DNA of 64,000 nt, from positions 2,880,001-2,944,000 of the forward strand of contig OZ241892.1 in assembly GCA_965203485.1 (NCBI GenBank), given 5' to 3'. Below are positions 10,467 to 20,600 of the stretch, piece after piece; positions within the stretch are counted from its first letter, which is position 1; each line of letters starts with the position of its first letter. The position numbers and the translations under genes were made by a program. A model generated the notes under the pieces. That model was not told the origin of the DNA and did not search any database. It was given only the letters and a program-made list of their open reading frames with translations. The stretch is from Longimicrobiales bacterium (GTDB lineage Bacteria; Gemmatimonadota; Gemmatimonadetes; Longimicrobiales; Gaopeijiaceae).

Positions 10467-11144
10467 CTAGCCGCGCAACCCTGCATCCTCCAGCGGCAGT
10501 TCCAACTGCAGCAACCCGAACGTCAGCCGGTGATGCGGCGTCAGGCCCTTGCTGCGGACGGCTTGGCGGTGGCGGCGCGTGGCGTACCCCATGTTGGTTT
10601 CCCATCCGTAGCCCGGATAGCGGACCGCCAGCCGGGTCATCAGCCGGTCGCGGCAGACCTTGGCCACGATCGAGGCGCATGCGACCGAATGCACCAGGGC
10701 GTCTCCGCCCACCACGGCGTCGTGGTCCCATTTCAGGTCCCGCACGGGCAGGCCGTCCACTACGACGTGGCCGGGCGCGGAGGGAAGCCGCTCGAGCGCC
10801 CTCGTCATGGCCAGCGTGGTGGCGCGCAGGATGTTGACCCGGTCGATCTCCCTTGCCGACGCCGCCCCGAGGGCCAGCGCCAGCGCACGTCGCCGAACCT
10901 CGAGCGCGATCTCCTTGCGCTCGCAGGGCCCCAGGGACTTGGAGTCCGCGGCCCCTTCCACGGAGACCCCTTCCGGCAACACCACGGCCGCCGCAACCAC
11001 CGGCCCGGCCAGCGGCCCGCGTCCCACCTCGTCCACCCCCGCAACCTGCGAGACGCCCCGCGTCCAGAACCGCTGCTCGTATTCGAGCACCCCGGCTCGG
11101 CCCCGCCGATCCGGACCCGTCGCGGATTCGGCTCCGCCCGGCAC
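10467..11144 (-). CDS. rnhB: Ribonuclease HII
   Basis: VAGVDEVGRGPLAGPVVAAAV, DSK, VDG and ASIVAKVCRD motifs; directly downstream of rplS. Confidence 0.95.
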   Translation of the reverse strand: MPGGAESATGPDRRGRAGVLEYEQRFWTRGVSQVAGVDEVGRGPLAGPVVAAAVVLPEGVSVEGAADSKSLGPCERKEIALEVRRRALALALGAASAREIDRVNILRATTLAMTRALERLPSAPGHVVVDGLPVRDLKWDHDAVVGGDALVHSVACASIVAKVCRDRLMTRLAVRYPGYGWETNMGYATRRHRQAVRSKGLTPHHRLTFGLLQLELPLEDAGLRG

Positions 11145-11191
11145 CGCCGCCGCGCGCCTTCTCCGGTTGGCTCCGCGTTCGGCCCGGCCCT

Positions 11192-11551
11192 TCAGTTGGA
11201 GCGCGGCGTCCGCCGTTCCTTGATTCGCGCCGCCTTCCCCCGCAACCCGCGCAAGTAGTACAACTTGGCCCGCCGCACCCGCCCGCGCCTGACCACTTCG
11301 ACCCCGCCCACCGTCGGCGCGTGAACCGGAAAGATGCGCTCAACGCCCACGCCGCCCGACAGCTTGCGAACGCGGAACGTCTCGCCCATGCCCGAGCCCC
11401 GCCGCCCCAGGCAGACGCCCTCGAACACCTGGATGCGCTCCTTCTGCCCTTCGCGGACCTTGTAGAGGACCCTGATCGTGTCGCCGGGCCCGAAGTCCGG
11501 CAATTCGTTGCGCTCGTGCTCCAAGTCCAGCTCGTGGAGGATGTCCGCCAT
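11192..11551 (-). CDS. rplS: 50S ribosomal protein L19
   Basis: [28 protein letters not shown] and [19 protein letters not shown] before ATG 11551. Confidence 0.97.
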   Translation of the reverse strand: MADILHELDLEHERNELPDFGPGDTIRVLYKVREGQKERIQVFEGVCLGRRGSGMGETFRVRKLSGGVGVERIFPVHAPTVGGVEVVRRGRVRRAKLYYLRGLRGKAARIKERRTPRSN

Positions 11552-11665
11552 GGCGAGTCTCCTTGGGATGCTTCTTCGTTCCATAGTCGGGAGAAGTTGG
11601 AAAGCTAGCCCACCGAGTTCGTCCAGGGAAGGAGCGGGACCGCATGCCGTTGCCCATCGCCCGCG

Positions 11666-12139
11666 TCACACCAAGTGCACGACCTCCAGCCCGTCCCACC
11701 GGCGTTGCAGGTATTCGGCCACAAGGCGCCGGTGGCAATGTTGGGGCTCGTGCTCGCTGCAAAGCATGCAGTCGCCGTCCTGCAGGAACGGCTGGCCCGG
11801 CGCCGCGTCCTTCTCGGCGAGCACGGCTTCGATCCGGCGTTCGCGCATGAGGGCGTCGAAGCGGGGCTCGTAGCCGCTCCAGTCGATCCGCTTCTTTCTG
11901 TAGTCCGCCAGCAGTTCGGGCGTGGGCGCCAAGACCGGCATGTGGACGTAGCCCACGCCGCAGATGGCATCCAGGAAGTAGGCGAGGTCGTTCTTCTTGG
12001 CGAAACCCGCGAGCTGCGACCCGGGCTTGATCCGGACGTCCACGACGCGACGGAGACCCGACTTCTTGGCCGTAGCGACGAGCTCTCCGAAAAATCGCCG
12101 TGCCGGCTTCTTGGTGAACCCGATGGTGAAGAGCTTCAT
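11666..12139 (-). CDS. DUF488 family protein (second paralogue)
   Basis: MKLFTIGFTKK, VVDVR..P.SQLAGFAK and LCSEHEPQHCHRRLVAEYL. Confidence 0.85.
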   Translation of the reverse strand: MKLFTIGFTKKPARRFFGELVATAKKSGLRRVVDVRIKPGSQLAGFAKKNDLAYFLDAICGVGYVHMPVLAPTPELLADYRKKRIDWSGYEPRFDALMRERRIEAVLAEKDAAPGQPFLQDGDCMLCSEHEPQHCHRRLVAEYLQRRWDGLEVVHLV

Positions 12140-12197
12140 TTTCGCGACGGTCTCCGTAGGGGGCTGGTTGACTTGATCGATGGAGCGGACACGGGGG

Positions 12198-12836
12198 CTA
12201 CGCGCTCCGACGGCGAGCGGGTTCCCAGCGTTCGCCGCGGGCAAATCCGACTTCGCGCGCTTGGCGGGCCACGGCCTCCTCGACGCGCTCGTCCCGCGTG
12301 CGGGGGAAGAGGTCCGTTTGCGCGCCGCTCAAGTTGTGCCTGGCAAGCAGGTCGTCCATGACGGCCGCGTGGGACGCGAGAGAGCCGTCCACGAGGATGT
12401 GCTCGACGCCGACGCCTCGGTGGTCCAGCGCCTGCGCGACCAGAAGCGTCCGATGGCAGTTCAGCGGCTCCATCTCCGAGCACATCATCGCGACGCGATG
12501 CGATGCGGCCTCGGCCAGAAGTCCGTCGAGGCCCCGGTGAAACGCGGCGCTGCAGGCGACGCGGTCGTACCGGACACGCCCGTCCTCGTAGCAGGCGGGG
12601 TCGGACGGCCGGCCGCCCAGCTCGTCGCCGAAGTAGACGTAGCGGACATCGCGTTCCGCCAAGAAGGAACGCAGGGCCTCGCGGTCGAAGTCCGGGGCGA
12701 ACCGACTGTACGGGGCCGACCGGACGTCCGCCAGCACGGCGATTCCATGCCGGTGCAGCAACTCCTTCGCAAAGCGCTCCCGTGAATGGTTCGAGTGGCC
12801 GGCCGTGAAGACGGTGAGGGCTTGCTCCGACGGCAT
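12198..12836 (-). CDS. DUF488 family protein (first paralogue)
   Basis: VFTAGHSNHS, LADVRSAPYSRF, ELGGRP and MMCSEMEPLNCHRTLLV; start overlaps upstream stop (TGATG). Confidence 0.85.
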   Translation of the reverse strand: MPSEQALTVFTAGHSNHSRERFAKELLHRHGIAVLADVRSAPYSRFAPDFDREALRSFLAERDVRYVYFGDELGGRPSDPACYEDGRVRYDRVACSAAFHRGLDGLLAEAASHRVAMMCSEMEPLNCHRTLLVAQALDHRGVGVEHILVDGSLASHAAVMDDLLARHNLSGAQTDLFPRTRDERVEEAVARQAREVGFARGERWEPARRRSA

Positions 12837-13522
12837 CAGCGCCGCTCCTCGACGACGGCGGCGGCCAGCTTGTAGCAACTTCCCCCATAGGGCTCGCCCA
12901 GGCTGACGGTCACATAGCATTCGCCGGTCTCGTATTCTCCGTCGAGCTTCGCCAGATACGTCTTCTCGTACACAGGGTCCGTGACCCAGATGCGGTAGTC
13001 CTTGCCGGCATGAGAGAACATGGCCTGCACGCGGCGCTTGGAGTTTCCGAACGCTTCGCCAGGAGCGAACACGCGAAGACGCAACCGTTCCAGGCGCACA
13101 AGTCGCAGGGAGCTGGAGACGCGGCCCATGAGGTCCAGCGGAACCTTGTCGTTGGTGCCGTTGTACGTGCTGTGTCCATCGATCCAAAGGGGCTCGGGCG
13201 GGTCCAGCAAGCGAGGCAGGTCGAGCCAGGAGAAGCTGCCCAGCTTCTTCCAGTAGCGCTCGGCGTCGAGAAGCCAGTTCTCGGTTTGCCACTCGTCGGG
13301 CTTCGGCGCGAGCACCGGAACGCTCACGATGTCGAGGACCCGCGGATCGCTGCCGTCCTCGTACTGGCGTTCGTGCTCCGACACTTCCTGGCCGGGCCGC
13401 GCGCTCACGGGGCGAATCCATGGACCCGCCGCCTTTCCGCCGGCCCACTCCCGTCCGGCGACGCACCGGCCCGACAGCTTGCGCGAGTTGGCCAAGCAGA
13501 CGATCCGCTTGACGGCGCTCAC
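12836..13522 (-). CDS. Dual OB-fold domain protein (DUF488-associated)
   Basis: KRIVCLANSRKLSGRCVAG, WIRPVS, QTENW, VTDP and VSLGEPY..CYKLAAAV match the dual-OB family as recalled; GTG start overlaps upstream TGA. Confidence 0.7.
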   Translation of the reverse strand: MSAVKRIVCLANSRKLSGRCVAGREWAGGKAAGPWIRPVSARPGQEVSEHERQYEDGSDPRVLDIVSVPVLAPKPDEWQTENWLLDAERYWKKLGSFSWLDLPRLLDPPEPLWIDGHSTYNGTNDKVPLDLMGRVSSSLRLVRLERLRLRVFAPGEAFGNSKRRVQAMFSHAGKDYRIWVTDPVYEKTYLAKLDGEYETGECYVTVSLGEPYGGSCYKLAAAVVEERR

Positions 13523-14769
13523 GATTGTGCCGCCCAGATCACCAGCTGAAGCTCGGCATCGCCGACCAGTGCGTACTCCGGCAACCGTCCCGACAGCTCC
13601 CGGCTCTCGCGGCGAATGACCGGCACGCCGTCGCCCCTTCGGTCCATCAAGCGCTTGCGGCCCACGTCCGCGCCGGGGGGCACGGGGCATCGCGCCAGCA
13701 ACGACACGAGGATCTCGTTGCGGCAGGACTGGACGAGATGCAGGCTGTCGGCGGACAGCCCATTGGCCAAGCCGCCGGGCACGCGAAGCTCCAGACGATC
13801 TCCGAACATATGCAGCCGAATTCGCGCCCCGTGCATCGAATAGTCGCGGTGAGCCACTGCATTGACGAGAGCCTCGAAGACGGCCCGTTCGCTGAACTGC
13901 GGGCATTCCGACCGCGCCGTGCGCTTGGTGGCGCGCACAAGCATGTTGCGGCGCACGAAGTGCAACGCTTCCTCGACTTGCTGGTCGATCGGTCCGCCAA
14001 TGTCGCGGGCGTCGCTTTGGTAAGCGGCGTCCGTTCGTTCGCCGGCGTAGCTGACCGCCTGAACGTAGGCATGCGGAAGCCACTGCTGCGGTTCGCGCGT
14101 GCAGAGCAGGACGCCTGCGAGAGTCAGCCGCGCGCGGCCGTCCGAGTCGTAGGCCGCAATCCTCGCCTTGCGCAGGACGGCCAGCTCTTCCTCGGGCGTT
14201 TCCGGCACGGATTCCAAGTCGCCTTGGACGAAGCGGCGCGTCAGCGAATAGTGCAGGTCGTCGGGCGTCGTGTCGGGCACCACCGATCCGTCGAACCGCA
14301 GAACCCTGCTCTGGCTCCGTTCCTGGAAGAGTCGCGCCAGGGCCTCGGGCGAAACTTCGCGCTTCGAGCTCCCCAGCCTGCGGAAGTACCCGCCCGGGCT
14401 CCTGTGGACGAAGAGACTCCGCGGCACTTCCACGCAAATCACCGGCGCCAGGATCCCCTCGGCATTTGGCGCTTCCTCCTTCAGGATTTCGGCGTCCAGC
14501 GGCGGCTTCACGGAGTCGTTGCAGATTTCGCGAATCCATGTTTCCACGGCGTCGAGGCGCTCGAGCGGGATGCCCTCGGCCAAACGGGTCTTGTCGTCCA
14601 CGCCCAGCGCCAGCGTTCCGCCCCGGGCGTTGGCCAGCGCCGCCAGCTCGTCGGCGACGCTGTCTCGGCTGGGCTCGCTGACGCGTCCCCCGGACATCCG
14701 AACCCGCTTCAGCTCCAAGGCCGAGTCCTCGCCCAAGCGAAGGCGGCGGCTCAGACTTCGATCGCTCAT
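13519..14769 (-). CDS. AlbA_2 (Schlafen-like) + HATPase_c_4 (RecG C-terminal-like) ATP-binding protein
   Basis: GEDSALELK, ALANARGGTLALGVDD, EALVNAVAHRDYS, DRLELRVPGGL and RNEILVSLL; GGAGG RBS. Confidence 0.85.
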   Translation of the reverse strand: MSDRSLSRRLRLGEDSALELKRVRMSGGRVSEPSRDSVADELAALANARGGTLALGVDDKTRLAEGIPLERLDAVETWIREICNDSVKPPLDAEILKEEAPNAEGILAPVICVEVPRSLFVHRSPGGYFRRLGSSKREVSPEALARLFQERSQSRVLRFDGSVVPDTTPDDLHYSLTRRFVQGDLESVPETPEEELAVLRKARIAAYDSDGRARLTLAGVLLCTREPQQWLPHAYVQAVSYAGERTDAAYQSDARDIGGPIDQQVEEALHFVRRNMLVRATKRTARSECPQFSERAVFEALVNAVAHRDYSMHGARIRLHMFGDRLELRVPGGLANGLSADSLHLVQSCRNEILVSLLARCPVPPGADVGRKRLMDRRGDGVPVIRRESRELSGRLPEYALVGDAELQLVIWAAQS

Positions 14770-14840
14770 GACCTCCCCCCTGGCCACGTGCAGGCGGCTC
14801 CAGCCGACAAGCCGGAGCGCTCCGCTCGCGACGGTCGCGA

Positions 14841-14869
14841 ATCGTACTCCGGCAGGCGGCCCAAGTCAA
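14841..14869 (-). promoter_or_regulatory. Sigma70-type promoter for the AlbA-dualOB-DUF488 operon
   Basis: Minus strand TTGACT-N17-TACGAT, ~70 bp upstream of the AlbA gene. Confidence 0.6.
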
Positions 14870-14889
14870 CGAATTTCGCAACATCGGTC

Positions 14890-14919
14890 TTGATATTTAC
14901 GGTATTTGTTCGGTATCGT
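14890..14919 (+). promoter_or_regulatory. imuA promoter with putative LexA/SOS box in the spacer (probably leaderless)
   Basis: TTGATA-N18-TATCGT then 7 nt to ATG 14927; the spacer contains TTACGGTATTTGTTCGG, nearly identical to the imuB upstream motif. Confidence 0.65.
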
Positions 14920-14926
14920 GTTCGGC

Positions 14927-15754
14927 ATGTCATGGAAGACGAAGGACCGGCAGGATGCCTTGCGCCGGGAGATCAGGCGGATCGAAGGAGCAGACGGCCG
15001 CGACAGGGCCTGCTTGCCGTTGGGCATCCCCGAGATCGACGGCGCGCTGCCCGGCGGCGGACTGCGGAGGGGTTGCGTTCACGAGGTGGGCGGGGACGCG
15101 GCGACCACGGGATTCTGCGCCGCCGTCCTGGCGCGCGCGGGGGCGTCGGGGGGCTCGTTGCTGTGGCTGGCCGCGGACGAGGGGCCTTACGCGCCGGGAC
15201 TGGTGCGCTACGGGATCGCGCCGGGACGGCTGGTGGTGGTGTCCGGTCTGCGGCGGCCCGGGGACGTGGCTTGGGCCTTGGAGGAAGCGTTGCGTTGCCC
15301 GGCCGTGAGGGGGGTGGTCGCGGAGTGCACGCCGTTGGGAACGGCGGCGTCGCGGCGCCTGATGCTGGCCGCCGAAGGATCGGACGTGGTGGGCTTGGCG
15401 CTGGCGCCGAAGACGGGCAACGGAGCGGCGGCCGTTCCCACCGCGGCGAGCCGGTGGAGGATCGTCTCGGTTGCGGAGGCGGAGTTCGGCGTTGAAGCGG
15501 ATTCCCAGCCAGGCCCGGGACATGGCCGCAGGCCGCGCACGGCGCAGGATCCAGCGCATGGGGCGGGCCGCGTCTCCCCCGGCGCCGTGCAGGGGCGCGG
15601 ACGCAATCCAGTCCGTCCGAACGCGGGCCCAACTACTTGGCGCGTCGAGCTGCTGCACTGCCGGGGCGGAAGGCCGTTCAAGCGGATCGTGACAGATTCT
15701 AGGCGCTATTTGACGGAGAATCTGTCGGAGAGCGCGTTGCTGGACAGATTCTGA
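14927..15754 (+). CDS. imuA: ImuA (RecA-like mutasome accessory protein)
   Basis: LPLGIPEIDGALPGGGL..G.VHEV, WALEEALRCPAV, ASRRLMLAAE and WRVELLHCRGG; first gene of the imuABC cassette. Confidence 0.88.
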   Translation: MSWKTKDRQDALRREIRRIEGADGRDRACLPLGIPEIDGALPGGGLRRGCVHEVGGDAATTGFCAAVLARAGASGGSLLWLAADEGPYAPGLVRYGIAPGRLVVVSGLRRPGDVAWALEEALRCPAVRGVVAECTPLGTAASRRLMLAAEGSDVVGLALAPKTGNGAAAVPTAASRWRIVSVAEAEFGVEADSQPGPGHGRRPRTAQDPAHGAGRVSPGAVQGRGRNPVRPNAGPTTWRVELLHCRGGRPFKRIVTDSRRYLTENLSESALLDRF

Positions 15755-15858
15755 GCACCGGACGCCGCCGCACGCCGTGGAGCTGTTGCGGCGGTTCCGA
15801 GTCGCAAGGCGACGGCGCGGCGGTCCGCGGCTTGCTTGGGCCGTCCGCGTCGCCAAGG

Positions 15859-15887
15859 TTGATGTTACGGCGTTTGTTCGGTAAGAT
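15859..15887 (+). promoter_or_regulatory. imuB promoter with putative LexA/SOS box in the spacer (probably leaderless)
   Basis: TTGATG-N17-TAAGAT then 8 nt to ATG 15896; spacer TTACGGCGTTTGTTCGG. Confidence 0.65.
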
Positions 15888-15895
15888 GCCGGGTC

Positions 15896-17653
15896 ATGTC
15901 CCGCATCGTCTCGCGCCGCATCTTGGCCGTGTGGTTGCCCTGGTGGCCCGCCGAACGGCTGGCCGGGCGCCGTCCCGAGGTTCGCGACCGTCCCTTCGTC
16001 GCCGTTTCGGATGTTCGCGGGCGGCAGGTGGTGGCGGCGGCAAACCGCTGGGCCGCTCAAGCGGGACTGGCGCCTGGGATGCCCTTGGCGGATGCCCGCG
16101 CAGTCCTCCCGGAGGTCGTTGTCCGCCTCGCCGATCCCGGCGGCGACGCGTGCGCGCTGGAATCGCTGGCGCGCTGGGCGTTCCGCTTTACCCCGCGGGT
16201 CGCGCTGGGGAAACCGGACGTGATTTTCCTGGACGTGGGCGGTTGCGCGCACCTCTTCGGCGGCGAGAGGGAGTTGGCGGCGGCGGTGCGCGCGAGGCTG
16301 AAGGGGTTCGGCCTGACGTCGCGGGCCGGGCTGGCCGAAGCTCCGGGGGCGGCTTGGGCGCTGGCCCGCTGCGGCGAGGAAAGCCTGGGCGTGATGCCCG
16401 CCGGCGCCGGGCTCGCGGAACGGAAGAAGGCGTTGGGCGGCCTGCCGGTTGCCGCCCTTCGGCTGGACGACGGCGTGGCCGATGCCCTCGCGTCCTTCGG
16501 ACTGAACAGAATCCGTGCACTGTTCGACATGGAACCCGCCAGCTTGGCCGAGCGCTTCGGCCCCGAGCTTCCCCGGCGGCTGGCGCAGGCGCTGGGATCG
16601 ATTGCAGAACCGCTCGAGCCCCTCCGGCCCCTTCCTCCGCGGGAGGCTAGGCGTACCTTCGCGAAGCCGGTCTCGCGCGCCGGAGACGTCCGCGCCGCCG
16701 TGGACGAACTGCTGGGCGAACTCTGTCGGACGATGCGGAAGGCGGGAGAAGGCGCGCGCCGGATTCGCTTGGTCTGTCACCGGGTGGACGGAGAGCCGCA
16801 AGCCGTCGAAATCGGGACCAGCCGCCCTCTCCGCCGCAGGGAGCCCTTGATGAGGCTCTTCGCCGAGAAGCTGGAGCAGGTGGCGCCCGGCTTCGGCGTC
16901 GACGAGATGGCGCTCACGGCGGAAGCGACCGAAGCCGTCGTGGAGGAGCAGATCCGCTGGACGACGATGGATGTCCCCGGCGCCGGATGCGACGACGCGA
17001 CGCCCCCCTTCGCGACCGAGCGCAATGCAACCGCAGAGTTGTTCGGGACTAGGCGCGGCCGCGTGCAGGATGGCAGGCGGCGCGAATCAGCCGAGGAGGA
17101 CGCGCGCCAACTGGCCGCTCTCGTCGACCGGCTGGGGAACCGTTTCGGCTTCGACCGCATTGCCCGTCCCGTGCCGCGCCGAAGCTGGATGCCCGAGCGC
17201 GCCGTTCGGCTCTGCGCCTTCGACCATGGGGAGACGGCGGCGGCGGAACTTCGGAACCGCGCCGCGCACGGAACGGCCGCCGCTCGCCGGCCGTTCCCCC
17301 ATCGGTCCGCCGTCCGTCCGCCCGCCGTCGGCTGGCCCGCAGGCCGCCCTCGCCCCGTGCGCCTGATCTCGCCTCCGGAGGCGGTGCAGGTCGCCATGCT
17401 CCGAGACGGCGCCCCGCCGGTCTCCTTTCGTCGCCGTGGCGGTCTACGCTGGCTGCGGTCCGCCGAAGGCCCCGAGCGCTTGGAGGGCGAGTGGTGGCGG
17501 GAGGACGCCCCGGCTCGCGACTACTACGCGGTCGAGGCCGAGGACGGCCGCCGCTACTGGCTCTACCGCGAACTCCCCCTCCCGGACGGCCGGGAGGCTT
17601 CCGGCCGACGAGCGGCGGCCTCTCGCTGGTTCCTGCACGGCGTCTTCGGATGA
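15896..17653 (+). CDS. imuB: ImuB, inactive Y-family polymerase
   Basis: GLAPGMPLADARA, RFTPRV, LDVGGCAHLFGGE, GPERLEGEWW, RDYY and RWFLHGVFG. Confidence 0.92.
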   Translation: MSRIVSRRILAVWLPWWPAERLAGRRPEVRDRPFVAVSDVRGRQVVAAANRWAAQAGLAPGMPLADARAVLPEVVVRLADPGGDACALESLARWAFRFTPRVALGKPDVIFLDVGGCAHLFGGERELAAAVRARLKGFGLTSRAGLAEAPGAAWALARCGEESLGVMPAGAGLAERKKALGGLPVAALRLDDGVADALASFGLNRIRALFDMEPASLAERFGPELPRRLAQALGSIAEPLEPLRPLPPREARRTFAKPVSRAGDVRAAVDELLGELCRTMRKAGEGARRIRLVCHRVDGEPQAVEIGTSRPLRRREPLMRLFAEKLEQVAPGFGVDEMALTAEATEAVVEEQIRWTTMDVPGAGCDDATPPFATERNATAELFGTRRGRVQDGRRRESAEEDARQLAALVDRLGNRFGFDRIARPVPRRSWMPERAVRLCAFDHGETAAAELRNRAAHGTAAARRPFPHRSAVRPPAVGWPAGRPRPVRLISPPEAVQVAMLRDGAPPVSFRRRGGLRWLRSAEGPERLEGEWWREDAPARDYYAVEAEDGRRYWLYRELPLPDGREASGRRAAASRWFLHGVFG

Positions 17654-20600
17654 CGAGAGCGAGAACGGGGGCCGCACCGCCAACTCTGTCCAAGGCTGCG
17701 GCCCTCCTCCAAGTCACCAGCAACTTCTCCTTCCTTCGGGGCGCGTCCCATCCGGAGGAGATGGTCGAGCGGGCCGCCGCCCTGGGCTATCGCGCCATGG
17801 CCTTGACCGACCGCAACACGCTGGCCGGAATCGCGCGGGCGCACACGGCCGCGAAACGGACGGGACTGCGCTTCATTCCGGGCGCCCGCCTCGATCTGCT
17901 GGACGGCCCCAGCTTGCTGTGCCTGCCCACCGATCGCGCCGCGTACGGTCGGCTGGCGCGTCTCGTAACCACGGGCCGCCGCCGCGCGCCCAAGGGCGAA
18001 TGCCGCCTGCGGCGCGAAGACCTGCCCGAAGCCGCGCAGGGACAAATCTTCATCGCCGTACCCCCGCAAGACGTCCCGCCGGAAGTCGCGCGCATCGACT
18101 GGGGGGCGGCGAAACAACGAGGACAACGCGGGCAAGCATCCCCAGGCCGCGGCCGGCAAGACCCGCGCATTGGCCGGGCAACGAAGAAGCGCGGACCGGG
18201 ACAACCGCAGGAGGCCGCTTCGCGATCGCGGCCGCCGCGGGAGGCCACCCTCGCCGACCACCTCGCTTGGTACCGCGACCACCTGGACGCTCCTCTCTAC
18301 TTGGGCGCCGCACACCGTTTCCGAGGCGACGACCACCGCCGCTTGGCCAGCCTCGCCTCCCTTTCCCGAGCCCTCGGCGTTCCTCTGGCCGCCACCGGAG
18401 ACGCGGAGCAGCACGATCCCTCCCGCCGCCGCCTCCACGACGTGCTCGCCTGCGTCCGCGAGCGCTGCACCATCGACGCGGCGGGCTGGCGCTTGGCGCC
18501 CAACGCGGAACGGCACGTCAAGCCGCCGGCCGAAGCCGCCCGCCTCCTGCGCGACCACCCGCAGGCGCTGGCCAACGCGGCGGAGATCGCCGAGCGGTGC
18601 CGCTTCTCGCTGGACGAACTCCGCTACGAGTACCCCAGCGAAGTCGTCCCCGGCGGCGGCACGCCCCAGGAGCGGCTCGAAGCCCTGACGTGGCGGGGTG
18701 CCGCCCGCCGCTATCCCGAAGGGGTTCCGCCCCAGGTCCGCGCCGTCCTGGAGCACGAGCTGGCGCTGATCGGCAAGCTGGACTACGCCCCCTACTTCCT
18801 CACCGTGGACGACATCGTCCGGACCGCCCAAAGCCTGGGCATCCTCTGCCAAGGACGCGGCTCGGCCGCAAACTCGGCCGTGTGCTACTGCCTGGGGATC
18901 ACCTCCGTCGATCCCGCCCAGACCGACCTCCTCTTCGAACGCTTCATCTCGGCCGAGCGCGGCGAGGCGCCCGACATCGACGTGGACTTCGAGCACGAGC
19001 GGCGCGAGGAAGTCGTTCAGTACATCTACCGCAAGTACGGCCGCGACAGGGCCGGGCTCGCCGCGACGGTGATCACCTACCGCCCCCGGAGCGCGCTTCG
19101 GGACGTGGGCAAGGCCATGGGGCTGAGCAAGGACGTGATCGACCGGCTGCTGTCGATGGTCTCGTGGTGGTCGGGGCCGGCGGGCGAGGAGCAGGCCCGC
19201 GAGGAAGGATTCGATCCCGCGGACCGGCGCTTGCGGCTCGCGCTGCAACTGGCCCGGCAGCTGTGCGGCTTTCCGCGCCACCTGTCGCAGCACACGGGCG
19301 GCTTCGTGATCTCGCGAGGACCCTTGTGCGAGATCGTTCCGATCCAGAACGCGGCCATGGCGGACCGCACGGTGATCGAGTGGAACAAGGACGACCTCGA
19401 GGCGCTGGGCCTGATCAAGGTGGACGTGCTGGGGCTGGGAATGCTGTCGTGCATCCGCCGCGCCTTCGAGCTGATCGAGGCGCACCACGGCGTCCGCCGC
19501 ACGCTGGCGAACGTGCCCCAGGAGGACCCCGCGGTGTACGAGATGATCCAGCGCGCCGACACGGTGGGCGTCTTCCAGATCGAAAGCCGCGCCCAGATGG
19601 CCATGCTGCCGCGGCTCAAGCCGAAGACGTTCCACGACTTGGTGATCGAGGTGGCGATCGTGCGCCCAGGGCCGATCCAGGGCGACATGGTGCACCCGTA
19701 CTTGCGCCGCCGCAAAGGGCTGGAGCCGGTGCGCTATCCGTCGGAGGAGCTGCGCGGCGTGCTCGAGAAGACCCTGGGCGTGCCCCTGTTCCAGGAACAA
19801 GCCATGAGGATCTCCATCGTCGCGGCGGGCTTCACACCCGCCGAAGCCGACGAGCTGCGCCGCGCCATGGCCAGCTTCCGCAACCACGGCACGCTCCACC
19901 GCTTCCGCGACAAGTTCGTGCGAGGCATGACGCGGCGCGGGTACGACCCGGACTTCGCCAAGAGCTGCTTCCGCCAGATCGAGGGCTTCGGCGACTACGG
20001 CTTCCCCGAAAGCCACGCGGCCAGCTTCGCCCTGCTTGCCTACGTCTCCTCGTGGATCAAGCGCCACTACCCGGAGGTCTTCGCCTGCGCGCTTCTCAAC
20101 AGCCAGCCCATGGGATTCTACGCCCCCGCGCAGATCGTGCGCGACGCCCGGGACCACGGCGTGCAAGTGCGGCCCGCCGACGTGAACCGTTCGGACTGGG
20201 ACAGCGCCTTGGAGAAGGCGGACGAGTGCGCCGAGGGACCGCGGCGGACCGATGGGGCCAGTCGTTTGGCCGCGTTGCCGCGGGAGGAAAAGCCGGCGGG
20301 CCGCGGCCGCTTCGCGCTACGGCTGGGACTGCGCCAAGTTCGGGGTCTCCGGAAGGAGGACGCGGCCCTTCTCGTCGCGGCTCGAGAGCGAGCGCCCGGC
20401 GAGGAGTTTCTGTCGCCGGAGGACTTGTGGAGACGGTCGGGGATCCCGCGGGCGACGCTCGTGCGCCTGGCCAATGCCGACGCCATGAGGTCGATGGGGC
20501 TGGACCGGAGGCAGGCCGCGTGGGCGGCCAAGGCGGCAGCCGCTGGAGGACCGTTGCCGTTGTTCCGCCATTCCAGCAACGACGCCCGGAGCCCAGGTGC

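Noticed and set aside
12836..14884. 682-aa ORF suggesting an AlbA-dual OB fusion
   Set aside because: The AlbA protein is in a different frame with its own stop at 13519; only the last 228 codons of this ORF look protein-like
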